From the IMG/VR virus record IMGVR_UViG_3300021085_000013, positions 1-64,000 of that record: a stretch of 64,000 nucleotides of DNA. The stretch is one strand, 5' to 3'. The translations under genes and the position numbers were made by a program. The stretch is from an uncultured virus (IMG/VR IMGVR_UViG_3300021085_000013). Taxonomy: Duplodnaviria; Heunggongvirae; Uroviricota; Caudoviricetes. Under the pieces are notes generated by a model that ran no database searches, was not told the origin of the DNA, and saw nothing but the letters and a program-made list of their open reading frames with translations. Of the stretch, positions 38,207 to 47,206 are shown one piece after another. How positions within the stretch are numbered: the first letter of the stretch is position 1; each line of letters starts with the position of its first letter.

Positions 38207-39541
38207 TTACCAAACTATGTTTTTATTATCCCATTTAGCCATTCTTTGCTTAAGCTCTAGTGCTTTACGCTTAGCATCTCTCATATACCAAGAACTTGAT
38301 GAACCGAATTTTTCTTCTTCAGTTTTCATATTAACGTATGCTGAAACATATCCTTGATAATCTGACAATATATTTGCAATATAATTGGTTAAATCTCTAG
38401 GTCTAATTTCTCTTCCTTTAGGGTCTTTTCCTATTGTTAATTCGTTATAGTTTCCTAATTCTTTTTTAGCTAAACCAGCCATTAAGAATTGGTGTGCATC
38501 TTCGATAATTTCTTTAACTTTCTTGTCTATTTTATCTGGGTTATCAGCTTTCTTCGCAAGAATATCGTTATACCTTGTTAAGTTATCCTCTTTGATTTTC
38601 TTAGGGTTTGTAAGTGCAGTAGCTCCAGATTTTGCCTCTGCTCTTGCAGATGTCTTATCATCGGTAGATAAAGAAGCTCTTAATGTGTCTAAATTAATAA
38701 TGTAACATTCGTCAGACATTTCCGCAATTCTTTTAATGTTACCTAATCCCGTTCCACTATATTGGTTGTGTGATTTGTTAACACCGACAGTATCTTTAGA
38801 TCCAGGGTATTTACCCATGTTCTTAAGTCTTCTTGTGTTTTTCTTACCACCTATTGTGTCGCTGTTTCTATTCCATATTGAATCGTTCTGAAACATTTCA
38901 TTTTTTCCATTAGAAACAGCTAATAAACAATTTCCAGGAATCATTTCAACATATCTTCCGGAAGAAGGAGCATATTCATTTTCTTTTTCATTTCTAGAAA
39001 TCCAAAATACAATTACGTTTCCGAATGTTTTTGCTTTCTTATAAACTTCAACTGGGTTGCTATTAGAAATTATCATATCATCGGTAACTTTATCTAGTGC
39101 TACTTTAGCAAGACCGTATATACCTTTAATTAATTCCTTACCACCTTTTTTGATGTCTATTAATCCTCTTAACTTGGAAGAAGCTAGAGCTTCATTAAGT
39201 TCTAAAGATTCAGTTGCTCTGTATTTTGCAAATTTACCCTTTTTAATTGTTTTAACTAATTCAGCTTCGCTATCGTCAATATTGCCATATACATCATTAT
39301 GTGTTGCTGCGTTTACTATTTCACCAGCATCACCAATAAAATAAGTTCCTCCTGCATATTCGTCTCCATCCATATCTAGATCAAAACCACCGGCATCTAA
39401 TGAATTTTTAGAAATTGTGAATTCTTTTCCGTCTGCTTTTGAAAGAGCAGCTGCTAATTTTTTTGCTATTTTAGCAGTATCTTTCTGCTTCATAACCTTT
39501 GCTTCATTGATAAAATTATCGAAGTTAGTATATAGTTTCAT
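38207..39541 (-). CDS. Putative two-module capsid-packaged protein
   Basis: N-terminus MKLYTNFDNFINEA; internal linker ATESLELNEA; late motif at 39566-39573. Confidence 0.65.
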   Translation of the reverse strand: MKLYTNFDNFINEAKVMKQKDTAKIAKKLAAALSKADGKEFTISKNSLDAGGFDLDMDGDEYAGGTYFIGDAGEIVNAATHNDVYGNIDDSEAELVKTIKKGKFAKYRATESLELNEALASSKLRGLIDIKKGGKELIKGIYGLAKVALDKVTDDMIISNSNPVEVYKKAKTFGNVIVFWISRNEKENEYAPSSGRYVEMIPGNCLLAVSNGKNEMFQNDSIWNRNSDTIGGKKNTRRLKNMGKYPGSKDTVGVNKSHNQYSGTGLGNIKRIAEMSDECYIINLDTLRASLSTDDKTSARAEAKSGATALTNPKKIKEDNLTRYNDILAKKADNPDKIDKKVKEIIEDAHQFLMAGLAKKELGNYNELTIGKDPKGREIRPRDLTNYIANILSDYQGYVSAYVNMKTEEEKFGSSSSWYMRDAKRKALELKQRMAKWDNKNIVW

Positions 39542-39575
39542 TTTATATTGTTTTGTTTATAATAGTATATATCTT

Positions 39576-42500
39576 TTAATGTAAGGAATCATGTGCTAAT
39601 TCATTAGCTAAGTCTGGATTATCATCTGTGAAATCTGATAATTCTTCGTCAGTCATTTCTTTTCCATTAGAATATTCACCATAACTAAAGAATGCATCTG
39701 TGAAATCTGGATAATCTTTCATATCAACATCTTCCATTTCTAATGAACTAATATCTACTTTCTTTCCTTTAAATTTAATATAATTAGCTTCGTTAATAAA
39801 AGATTCTAATGTTAAACTAACAACTGGTTTAATTCCAGTTAATATTCTTTTTCCAAATTTAGAAAGACCAATTCCATTTTCACTTACTGTAAAGTATTTA
39901 GAATTTCTTCTCATCCATCTTTTATTATCGATTGATTTTTCTTTTAGAATATTATTGAATTCTTCTTCTGTTAATACACCATCCGCTAATGCCTCGATCA
40001 TTGCGTTTCTGACTTTAGCAGTTCTACCTGAAGTTTGTGCAGGATGATTATCGGTATATCTTCTTTTTATTTGAATTTTAGATTCTCTAAGACCCGGTTT
40101 CATTACGTTTAATTCCCACCACTGTTCTAATTGGTGATAAATATTTGCACCCATGTTTGAAATCATGAAGTCAATTACATCATCATAATTGTCTTTTTCA
40201 TCTTGATAAAAACCAGGAGTATCGATATATTCTTTACCCATTATCTTTCTAACTGCTCTTTCTGGCATAGCATCGATTTCTTTTAAAAATTCTTCGAAAT
40301 CTTCATCGTTTTTAAAACCCTTAGCTTCAATAACCATTGATTCCATTAGGCCAATAGCAATCTCTCCAACTTCTCTATCGCCGCCGTCAACATATCTTTT
40401 GTTAAGTATTGCAAATTTAAAACCATCTGCTTTTATCGTATACATTGGCATCATACTATCACTATAGTCGTATTTGTATTTACCTGCTTTTAATTCTTTA
40501 CCGATTGCAAAGAAATCTTTAGCTTTACCTACTAAATCTGCAAGATTATCTAAGTGGTCACCAGCGTCGTCCTTTTCATTAACTAATGATTCATAAACTC
40601 CTTTTTCAATGTTCTTGATTAAGAGTTTAGCACCCTTCTTGTCAAGTTCATTTTGAATAAAGTCCATCATTTCGTTGGGATCTTCAGCATCTATACCAAA
40701 TTCAGATGCTAAGTTTTGATATGCATCAAATTCCATATTAGAAATAGTGTCTTCTAAGTCTGCATACACATCTTCATTAACTGCTGATTCTACCATTACT
40801 AGCCCTATATCCTTATATGCTATTTCATGCTCTCCACCGTCTTGATCTAGTGCAAATACTGATTTATCATGCCACATTGCAGCATTGTCATCGTTATTAG
40901 AATCAGGATTATAAATGATATATTCTTTTCCGTTTCCGGTTTGAATCATTGCATCATCTGCATCTCCTAATTTTTTTAATAATGACTTTTTAGTATACCT
41001 TTCTTCAACAGCTTCACCTGACGTATATTCAAAATCATTATATAGTGCCTTTAACCATTCTAAAAACTCTGGAGTTTTCTTCATTACTTTCTTATGTCCG
41101 TATTCTTTAAAGAATTCTTTCTGAAAAGTATCAAATGATTTGTGATTACCTATCATTTGGTGAATGTCAGACATAACACCCTCACTGATAACTAATTTTA
41201 CATCTTTGTTTTTACCAGCTACTGCATCATCTAGTTCATTTGTAAGAGCTTTCTTTTTTGCTGTTAAATCTATTAGCTGCTGTCTAGTTGCTGCTTTCTC
41301 ATCACTTCCATCTTCCGCAGCGATGTATATCTTTACAATATCTTTCATCTTATTAACTGTTTCTCCAAATTCCTTTGAAATCTTGTTAATAGATCTAGCT
41401 TCTAATATATTAGATTCTTCAATGTATTCTCCTAATTCAGGATCGTCCCATCCATTAGGATCGGCTAATACCGATTGTAAATCTTCTCTTGAACCTGTCA
41501 TTTCAACTTCTGGCCAATTGCCACCAGGGCCGTTCATTGTTAAAACTTTCATTTTAACATTATATTTCTTTAAAAGCTTTTTGAGTGTTTTTGATTTAGG
41601 ATCTATTGCATCCATTACTACAGTAGCTTCATTTAAATTTTCGTCTAGCTTATCAAAGAATCCACCATGTTCACTTTGTAAATCTTCACCATACTTGTCG
41701 TCCCATATTTTAGCTAATTCATCTTTAGTAATTTTACCTTTATATTTTCCCATGATTTCAACATAGACACTACCATATTCATATTCAAAATCTTCACCAT
41801 AAGAAAAATCCCATGCCTTTTCAACATCTTTAATTGTAAGCTTTTTGGCTTCAGTAACCTTTGATTCATACCATCCGTTTTCGTAATCGTCATCATCTTC
41901 ATAATCATCATACTCAGGTTCTTGATACCATGATTGATTTGGATCAGATTCTGCTTCTTCAGTAAAGTCATGTCTTTTCCAATTAAATCTTGGATCTTCA
42001 ACTAATGCAGGGAATAATGTCTTTTTCTTTTTATCTTTGGTCTTTATTTTACCGAATGCTAAATCAATACCAAGTTGTCTTAATTCTTTAAATGAACCTT
42101 TCATTGTTTTAACATCTTCTTCAGTATATCCATTCATTGTAGCAACAAGATCATAATAATCCATTCCACCAAATTCACCATATCCTTCATAATCCTTTTC
42201 CGTCCACTTGTTACCCATATTATCATACATAAATACTGTAATCATGTTCTGTCTTTCAGAACCTATTTGTGTGTTTGTATCGGATGTAAGCCATGAAAAT
42301 TGACCTTCAACTATCATCTGTTCATGTAACAATTGAGCACCAGTCGTTACAATGTTTAAATAGCTTTCAGGAATTCCATTTACAAAGTTATGTAATTCTG
42401 GTTCGAAATCTGGCATACCACATGCATATCTTGGATATGTTGCTCCTTCTGTATTTACAAGAATACTCATTCCATAATACTCTCCAAGCTCACCTGATTC

Positions 42501-42794
42501 AGTGTTACAATATAATACAAATACCTGTGGCACTTGAACTTTAAAGTTAGATTGTAATGGATATTCGTTATGACATCCTAATTCTTTAGTAGTGTATACG
42601 TCTAAGGAATGTAATTCTTTATCATATTTAGTTAATTCTCTATATGGAATAGAAGCTCTTTGGTTAAATAGATCTCCCCAATAAGAAGGCTTTCTCAAGG
42701 AATATTTCCCAGAAACCTTTTTGTATACTTTATATAAATCAACGTTTTCGTTCATTGAATTTACAAAGCTTTCGAATGTTTTTTTAGTGCTCAT
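39576..42794 (-). CDS. Putative capsid-packaged polyprotein (1072 aa, about 10 small modules)
   Basis: N-terminus KKTFESFVNSMNE; repeated linkers ESKVTEA, ENLNEA, ESNILEA, ESAVNED, ESLVNEK, ESMVIEA, ESFINEA. Confidence 0.7.
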   Translation of the reverse strand: MSTKKTFESFVNSMNENVDLYKVYKKVSGKYSLRKPSYWGDLFNQRASIPYRELTKYDKELHSLDVYTTKELGCHNEYPLQSNFKVQVPQVFVLYCNTESGELGEYYGMSILVNTEGATYPRYACGMPDFEPELHNFVNGIPESYLNIVTTGAQLLHEQMIVEGQFSWLTSDTNTQIGSERQNMITVFMYDNMGNKWTEKDYEGYGEFGGMDYYDLVATMNGYTEEDVKTMKGSFKELRQLGIDLAFGKIKTKDKKKKTLFPALVEDPRFNWKRHDFTEEAESDPNQSWYQEPEYDDYEDDDDYENGWYESKVTEAKKLTIKDVEKAWDFSYGEDFEYEYGSVYVEIMGKYKGKITKDELAKIWDDKYGEDLQSEHGGFFDKLDENLNEATVVMDAIDPKSKTLKKLLKKYNVKMKVLTMNGPGGNWPEVEMTGSREDLQSVLADPNGWDDPELGEYIEESNILEARSINKISKEFGETVNKMKDIVKIYIAAEDGSDEKAATRQQLIDLTAKKKALTNELDDAVAGKNKDVKLVISEGVMSDIHQMIGNHKSFDTFQKEFFKEYGHKKVMKKTPEFLEWLKALYNDFEYTSGEAVEERYTKKSLLKKLGDADDAMIQTGNGKEYIIYNPDSNNDDNAAMWHDKSVFALDQDGGEHEIAYKDIGLVMVESAVNEDVYADLEDTISNMEFDAYQNLASEFGIDAEDPNEMMDFIQNELDKKGAKLLIKNIEKGVYESLVNEKDDAGDHLDNLADLVGKAKDFFAIGKELKAGKYKYDYSDSMMPMYTIKADGFKFAILNKRYVDGGDREVGEIAIGLMESMVIEAKGFKNDEDFEEFLKEIDAMPERAVRKIMGKEYIDTPGFYQDEKDNYDDVIDFMISNMGANIYHQLEQWWELNVMKPGLRESKIQIKRRYTDNHPAQTSGRTAKVRNAMIEALADGVLTEEEFNNILKEKSIDNKRWMRRNSKYFTVSENGIGLSKFGKRILTGIKPVVSLTLESFINEANYIKFKGKKVDISSLEMEDVDMKDYPDFTDAFFSYGEYSNGKEMTDEELSDFTDDNPDLANELAHDSLH

Positions 42795-42814
42795 TTTTAT
42801 TTGTATTTGTTTAT

Positions 42815-43894
42815 TTAAACTCGGTTAGGCTTTATTTTATATTTAAATTTACCTTGTGTAATAGAATATATTTGTAATTTGCTAGTTTTTCCAGGTAATT
42901 TCTTGTAATAGTGAAAAGCTACTATTTCATGATCTTTAGACTCTATAAAAAGGAATGGAGTAGGTATATCTCCTACTGCTGAAATTACATCGTCTTGTAT
43001 TTCAGTAAATGTTCTAACGGAAGGCTCAGTCTCTATTATACTTTTAATTTTTTCTGCAGTTTTAGAGTCACTTAGCTTTCCTAATTCTACGTCATTAAAT
43101 TTAATTACTAATGCGCCGTTATCTTTATCTCCAGGACCTATTTTAAAATCTCTTTCACTAGAAGAAAGGGCCTGAATATCTGTCTTAGTTAAATTTTGAA
43201 TATGCTTAAATCTTTTTCCACCTACAGTTCCCCATTCATTTATCCAACCTCCACCGGCAGCCATATCTTTACCATCTCCGTCCGGGTTGATTTCTTCAAT
43301 ATTATATTTTACTGCGTCATATAATGCCGTTAACTTCGGTACATAAGTACTATTAATTCCCTGGTGTTTTGCACCTGTTCTCCAATTTTGTAACATGCCC
43401 TTTGACATTTGAGCTTCTTTTAACTCACATTTACCAAGGGGTGGTTTAATTGGTGACCACCTTTCATTATATAATTCTAAGTCAGTATCGGCCGCACCTC
43501 CACCTATTTTTATATTTTCTACAATATACGCTAGCATTATTTCTCCAGCACCAATTCCATTATCGTCTCTTCCAATATTAAACAATTCGTTTGCTTCGCT
43601 TTTATTTAACATTAAATATTGAAAAACTACTCCGAATGTATCGTCATCCATTTTAGAAAGCCATAACCTACCATCAGGTTGTTGTTTAACATCCTGTGTT
43701 GAAGTAAACTTAACACCTTGCCATGGACACTTATTCTTTTTAAATGTTCTATTAATTGAATTAAATAAATTCTGTTGGGCAGCCTTACTGCCGGTTGATG
43801 CAACTCCAATATAGGATTCTATAATTAATGCTTCATTTTCAGCATTGGTTTTTGCAGCACTATGTAGTGCTCTTTCAAAATCGTACCTATCCAT
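42815..43894 (-). CDS. Hypothetical protein, possible PD-(D/E)XK nuclease fold
   Basis: GAGEIMLAY...DTDL...CELK arrangement. Confidence 0.45.
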   Translation of the reverse strand: MDRYDFERALHSAAKTNAENEALIIESYIGVASTGSKAAQQNLFNSINRTFKKNKCPWQGVKFTSTQDVKQQPDGRLWLSKMDDDTFGVVFQYLMLNKSEANELFNIGRDDNGIGAGEIMLAYIVENIKIGGGAADTDLELYNERWSPIKPPLGKCELKEAQMSKGMLQNWRTGAKHQGINSTYVPKLTALYDAVKYNIEEINPDGDGKDMAAGGGWINEWGTVGGKRFKHIQNLTKTDIQALSSSERDFKIGPGDKDNGALVIKFNDVELGKLSDSKTAEKIKSIIETEPSVRTFTEIQDDVISAVGDIPTPFLFIESKDHEIVAFHYYKKLPGKTSKLQIYSITQGKFKYKIKPNRV

Positions 43895-45758
43895 TGTTTT
43901 CTAAAAATTGTTTAAATGTTAATAATGATTCAGTGACTTCATTTGATTCTGAAGCACCTACTGAATCTTCTAATTTTTTCTTAAGTTCACCATACATTTT
44001 ATGTAAGGCCTTTGGTGTTGTAGACTTAAATAGTTTTTCATCTCCGTCTAACATTGCATTTCTAACCTGAGTCGCTGAAATATTATTGTCTGTTCTTGGA
44101 ATTTCAAATAATCCAAAATCACTCCTAACTCCAAGATCTTCTCTATAAGAATCTTTATTTACTTGGAATCCGTAAGTTTTCATTCTATCGCTTCCTGTTC
44201 CCCATAATACGGGTTCATAAGTTGGTCTCATTGCATTGAACATTGTATCAATACCTCCGGTTGGAATTACAAAGATTTCTTTTAAGAATGGATATTGTTT
44301 TTGAACCGCCTTAAACATATCTAATTGTGTCTTCTCATCATAAGGTCTTTTAAATGCATCTTCCTTTTTCTTATTCTTTGCTTTTACTAATAAAACAACC
44401 ACAGGATATCCATTTTCTTTGTGTATAGTTTCTAATACTTTAGCATGTCCAAGTGTAAATGGTTGGAATCTACCAACAAACATATTTACTAATTCTCCTC
44501 CTTGTTCAGGATGATCTACTTTAAGTGCTTCATTTAAATTAACACTTGTCTTTACTTTATTATGTAATATGAAATTATTAAAGTCGTATATGGAATTTTC
44601 ATCGGTATTCTCTACAAATACTTTCTTATCTATAGTTTCTACTATTTGATTTAAATGCTCTAACATTTCTGCATTTATGATATCGCTTTCCTTGCTTCTC
44701 TTTTTTCTAAAAGAACCTAAAGTTATTTTAAATAATTCTGCAAGTATTTCGTTTTCAACATAAGAAAGAGTGGTCTCGTTCTTAATGTATTTAGTATTTA
44801 GTTTAAAGGAATCTGAATCTGCAAAATCAGCTGATTCAAAGTTAACACCAATAAACTTAGCAGAGTGTTCTTTAACATACGTATTAAACATCACTGACAT
44901 TAATTCAATATATCTCCAGTCTGCTGTTTCTTCATTTAGTTGAATGTCTTTCATTTCAAATGTAGAAATAAATTCAATAAGACCAGCAATAGTAATTTGA
45001 TACATGTGGCTTGATCTCTTATTTTCACTAACAGTTCTTGTAAAATCTTCTAATTTAAAAGATCTAGATTTTTTCTCATCAATAAAAGAAACTATTAATC
45101 CGTCAATTTCTACTTCAAAGTCTTCATTTAACGTAGGAGAAATTGCATTTGGATTAAATGTCTTAATCATCTTTTGGGTAAAAGGTAATCTTGCATCTGT
45201 ATTTGGATCATAATCAAATGCTTCAGAAAACTCCTTATCTGACATAGATAGAACAGTTATTAATTCTTCTTTTTGCATTTGAGATAACATACCATCAAAT
45301 ACAATGCTAGGTCCTTGAACCTCTAATATCTTTGACCATTTATTTAATATAACTGGATCGCTAATTGTTTTTTTAATCTTACCTGATTCATTCATAGTTT
45401 GAATGTGAGTAAGTATTAAATTGTTTTTAGGCAGTTTAGTATATTTATATTCTGACACGTTTAATTCAGGTAAATATTCAAAACCAAATTTCCAATCATG
45501 TGGCATTTGTTCCTTTATACTAGGATCTAGACTTTGGATGTGCTTGACACCTGTTTCATATAAACCTACTATTGTTCTGTCTATCATGTTCATTCTAGAA
45601 TCTCCAGATTTGTAATATTCAAATTTAGTCTGGTTTCTTCTAACGTGAAATGAAGCTCCTTGTATTTTTTCAGTTACTAGAACCCTGCTATTCAACATAT
45701 CTTGAAATGCATTGATATTAGTTTCCTGAAATACTTGTCTTAGTTTTTTAAGTGCCAT
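43887..45758 (-). CDS. RNA-ligase-like nucleotidyltransferase fused to HUP-family (NadM/cytidyltransferase-like) domain
   Basis: Motif I TEKIQG, FEY, DGLIV...K; C-terminal domain GRFQPFTLGH, GSDR, ISATQVR. Confidence 0.75.
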   Translation of the reverse strand: MALKKLRQVFQETNINAFQDMLNSRVLVTEKIQGASFHVRRNQTKFEYYKSGDSRMNMIDRTIVGLYETGVKHIQSLDPSIKEQMPHDWKFGFEYLPELNVSEYKYTKLPKNNLILTHIQTMNESGKIKKTISDPVILNKWSKILEVQGPSIVFDGMLSQMQKEELITVLSMSDKEFSEAFDYDPNTDARLPFTQKMIKTFNPNAISPTLNEDFEVEIDGLIVSFIDEKKSRSFKLEDFTRTVSENKRSSHMYQITIAGLIEFISTFEMKDIQLNEETADWRYIELMSVMFNTYVKEHSAKFIGVNFESADFADSDSFKLNTKYIKNETTLSYVENEILAELFKITLGSFRKKRSKESDIINAEMLEHLNQIVETIDKKVFVENTDENSIYDFNNFILHNKVKTSVNLNEALKVDHPEQGGELVNMFVGRFQPFTLGHAKVLETIHKENGYPVVVLLVKAKNKKKEDAFKRPYDEKTQLDMFKAVQKQYPFLKEIFVIPTGGIDTMFNAMRPTYEPVLWGTGSDRMKTYGFQVNKDSYREDLGVRSDFGLFEIPRTDNNISATQVRNAMLDGDEKLFKSTTPKALHKMYGELKKKLEDSVGASESNEVTESLLTFKQFLENNG

Positions 45759-45768
45759 ATTATATTAT

Positions 45769-47139
45769 TTATCTTCCGTACTTTATGATTCCCATCAGCT
45801 GATTGATAGCAGCAAAAGTACCTGTTAGTTTCATAGTCTTTCCTTTATATACAAAAACTATTCCTTCAGTTGGTATGATAGATTCTACTCCTCCAATTCT
45901 ATCTAATCTCTCTAGTTCTTTCATTACCTTTTCGATCTGAGTAACGCTTCCATCTTTTTTGATCTTTTCAGATTCTGATCTAATTTGATTATGTAGTCTT
46001 TGCATCTCTTTGTCTGGATTTGCAGCTACAAAATTAGAAGCATTCATAAGAATTATAGACCCTAGTTCTAAAAATAAATCTTCAAACGGTCTAATGTTTT
46101 CTTTATATTTCTTTTTAACATCTTCTTTGTCAAATTTCTTAACAGAAGCAGCTTCATCTTTTCCTATCTCCTTTGCAAGTGATCTCATATTTAAAGACTT
46201 TTTATCTCCATAAGCCCATCTTAATAATAAACCTTCCTTATAGTCTTGTTGTAAATCGGGGAAATTTGCATCTATTGTTTCTCTCCACCACATTTCATGA
46301 TATCTAGAAACTTCGTCACCGTCTGTTAAGTTATAACGATCTCTTAATTTTTCAATCTGCTTTATAAATTTAGCTTGATTTTTATCAAAATTAATATCTT
46401 TACCTAGTTTTAAAATCTGAGGAGGAATTATTGTAAATGTCTTTTGAACATCGGCATCTACTTCCTTTAAAGCTTTGACTAATTCTCCTGCTATTTTTCT
46501 AGATCCTGTAATATTACCATTCCCATCAGTTTCTTGAATATCGTGAAATTGAAGAACATCTCTTTCGTAATAGATTACATTTGGGTTTTTAGAATAGATT
46601 AATTCTATATTTATAAAATCTTTACCGTCATTAAATATGGACTGATCTTTAATTTTTGGAAGAGCTTCATTTAGATCTTTAGCTGCAAACACGTATGTTT
46701 CTCGCACTAAAGGTACCTCATGCTTTTCAAACATTTCTATAATACCGTCTAAATCAACGGGACTAATTAATTGACCTTTATTTCTAGAAAACATCGTAAC
46801 TCCGTTTTTTACGGTTGCTAATAGATTTTGACCGTCTGTTTTTTCAGTGGCTACCTCTTCAAAGTTTAATTCTCCTTGAAGACCAGACGTTACGATCTTT
46901 TTAAAATCTGCGAATGTTAAATCTTTTTCATCGAAAGGATGAGACATGTGACCAGCTGCACCGCCTTCTAAGATTAATTCTTCTTTAAGTGTATTGTATT
47001 TTTCAACGATATATTCATCAAATGATAAAACTTTACTCTTATTTTCACTCATATAATGTGCAACATATTCCTCTCTGGTCATGCCATGTGCATCTGCGTG
47101 ATGTTGAATAAAATCTACGAAGTTGTTATTTAGTTCCAT
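45769..47139 (-). CDS. Ligase-superfamily (KxDG) nucleotidyltransferase-like protein
   Basis: EGGAAGHMSHPFD, TEKTDG, NIE, EGIVF, KLTG-FA. Confidence 0.7.
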   Translation of the reverse strand: MELNNNFVDFIQHHADAHGMTREEYVAHYMSENKSKVLSFDEYIVEKYNTLKEELILEGGAAGHMSHPFDEKDLTFADFKKIVTSGLQGELNFEEVATEKTDGQNLLATVKNGVTMFSRNKGQLISPVDLDGIIEMFEKHEVPLVRETYVFAAKDLNEALPKIKDQSIFNDGKDFINIELIYSKNPNVIYYERDVLQFHDIQETDGNGNITGSRKIAGELVKALKEVDADVQKTFTIIPPQILKLGKDINFDKNQAKFIKQIEKLRDRYNLTDGDEVSRYHEMWWRETIDANFPDLQQDYKEGLLLRWAYGDKKSLNMRSLAKEIGKDEAASVKKFDKEDVKKKYKENIRPFEDLFLELGSIILMNASNFVAANPDKEMQRLHNQIRSESEKIKKDGSVTQIEKVMKELERLDRIGGVESIIPTEGIVFVYKGKTMKLTGTFAAINQLMGIIKYGR

Positions 47140-47158
47140 GTATATAGCTAATATAATT

Positions 47159-47188
47159 AAAAAACTTGACCCGGAAAAATCCAGGTCA
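47159..47188 (-). terminator. Probable terminator overlapping a class-3 promoter
   Basis: UGACCUGGA/UCCGGGUCA stem (one G-U) followed by AGUUUUUU on minus strand. Confidence 0.6.
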
Positions 47189-47206
47189 GTTTATTTTTAT
47201 TTTTTA

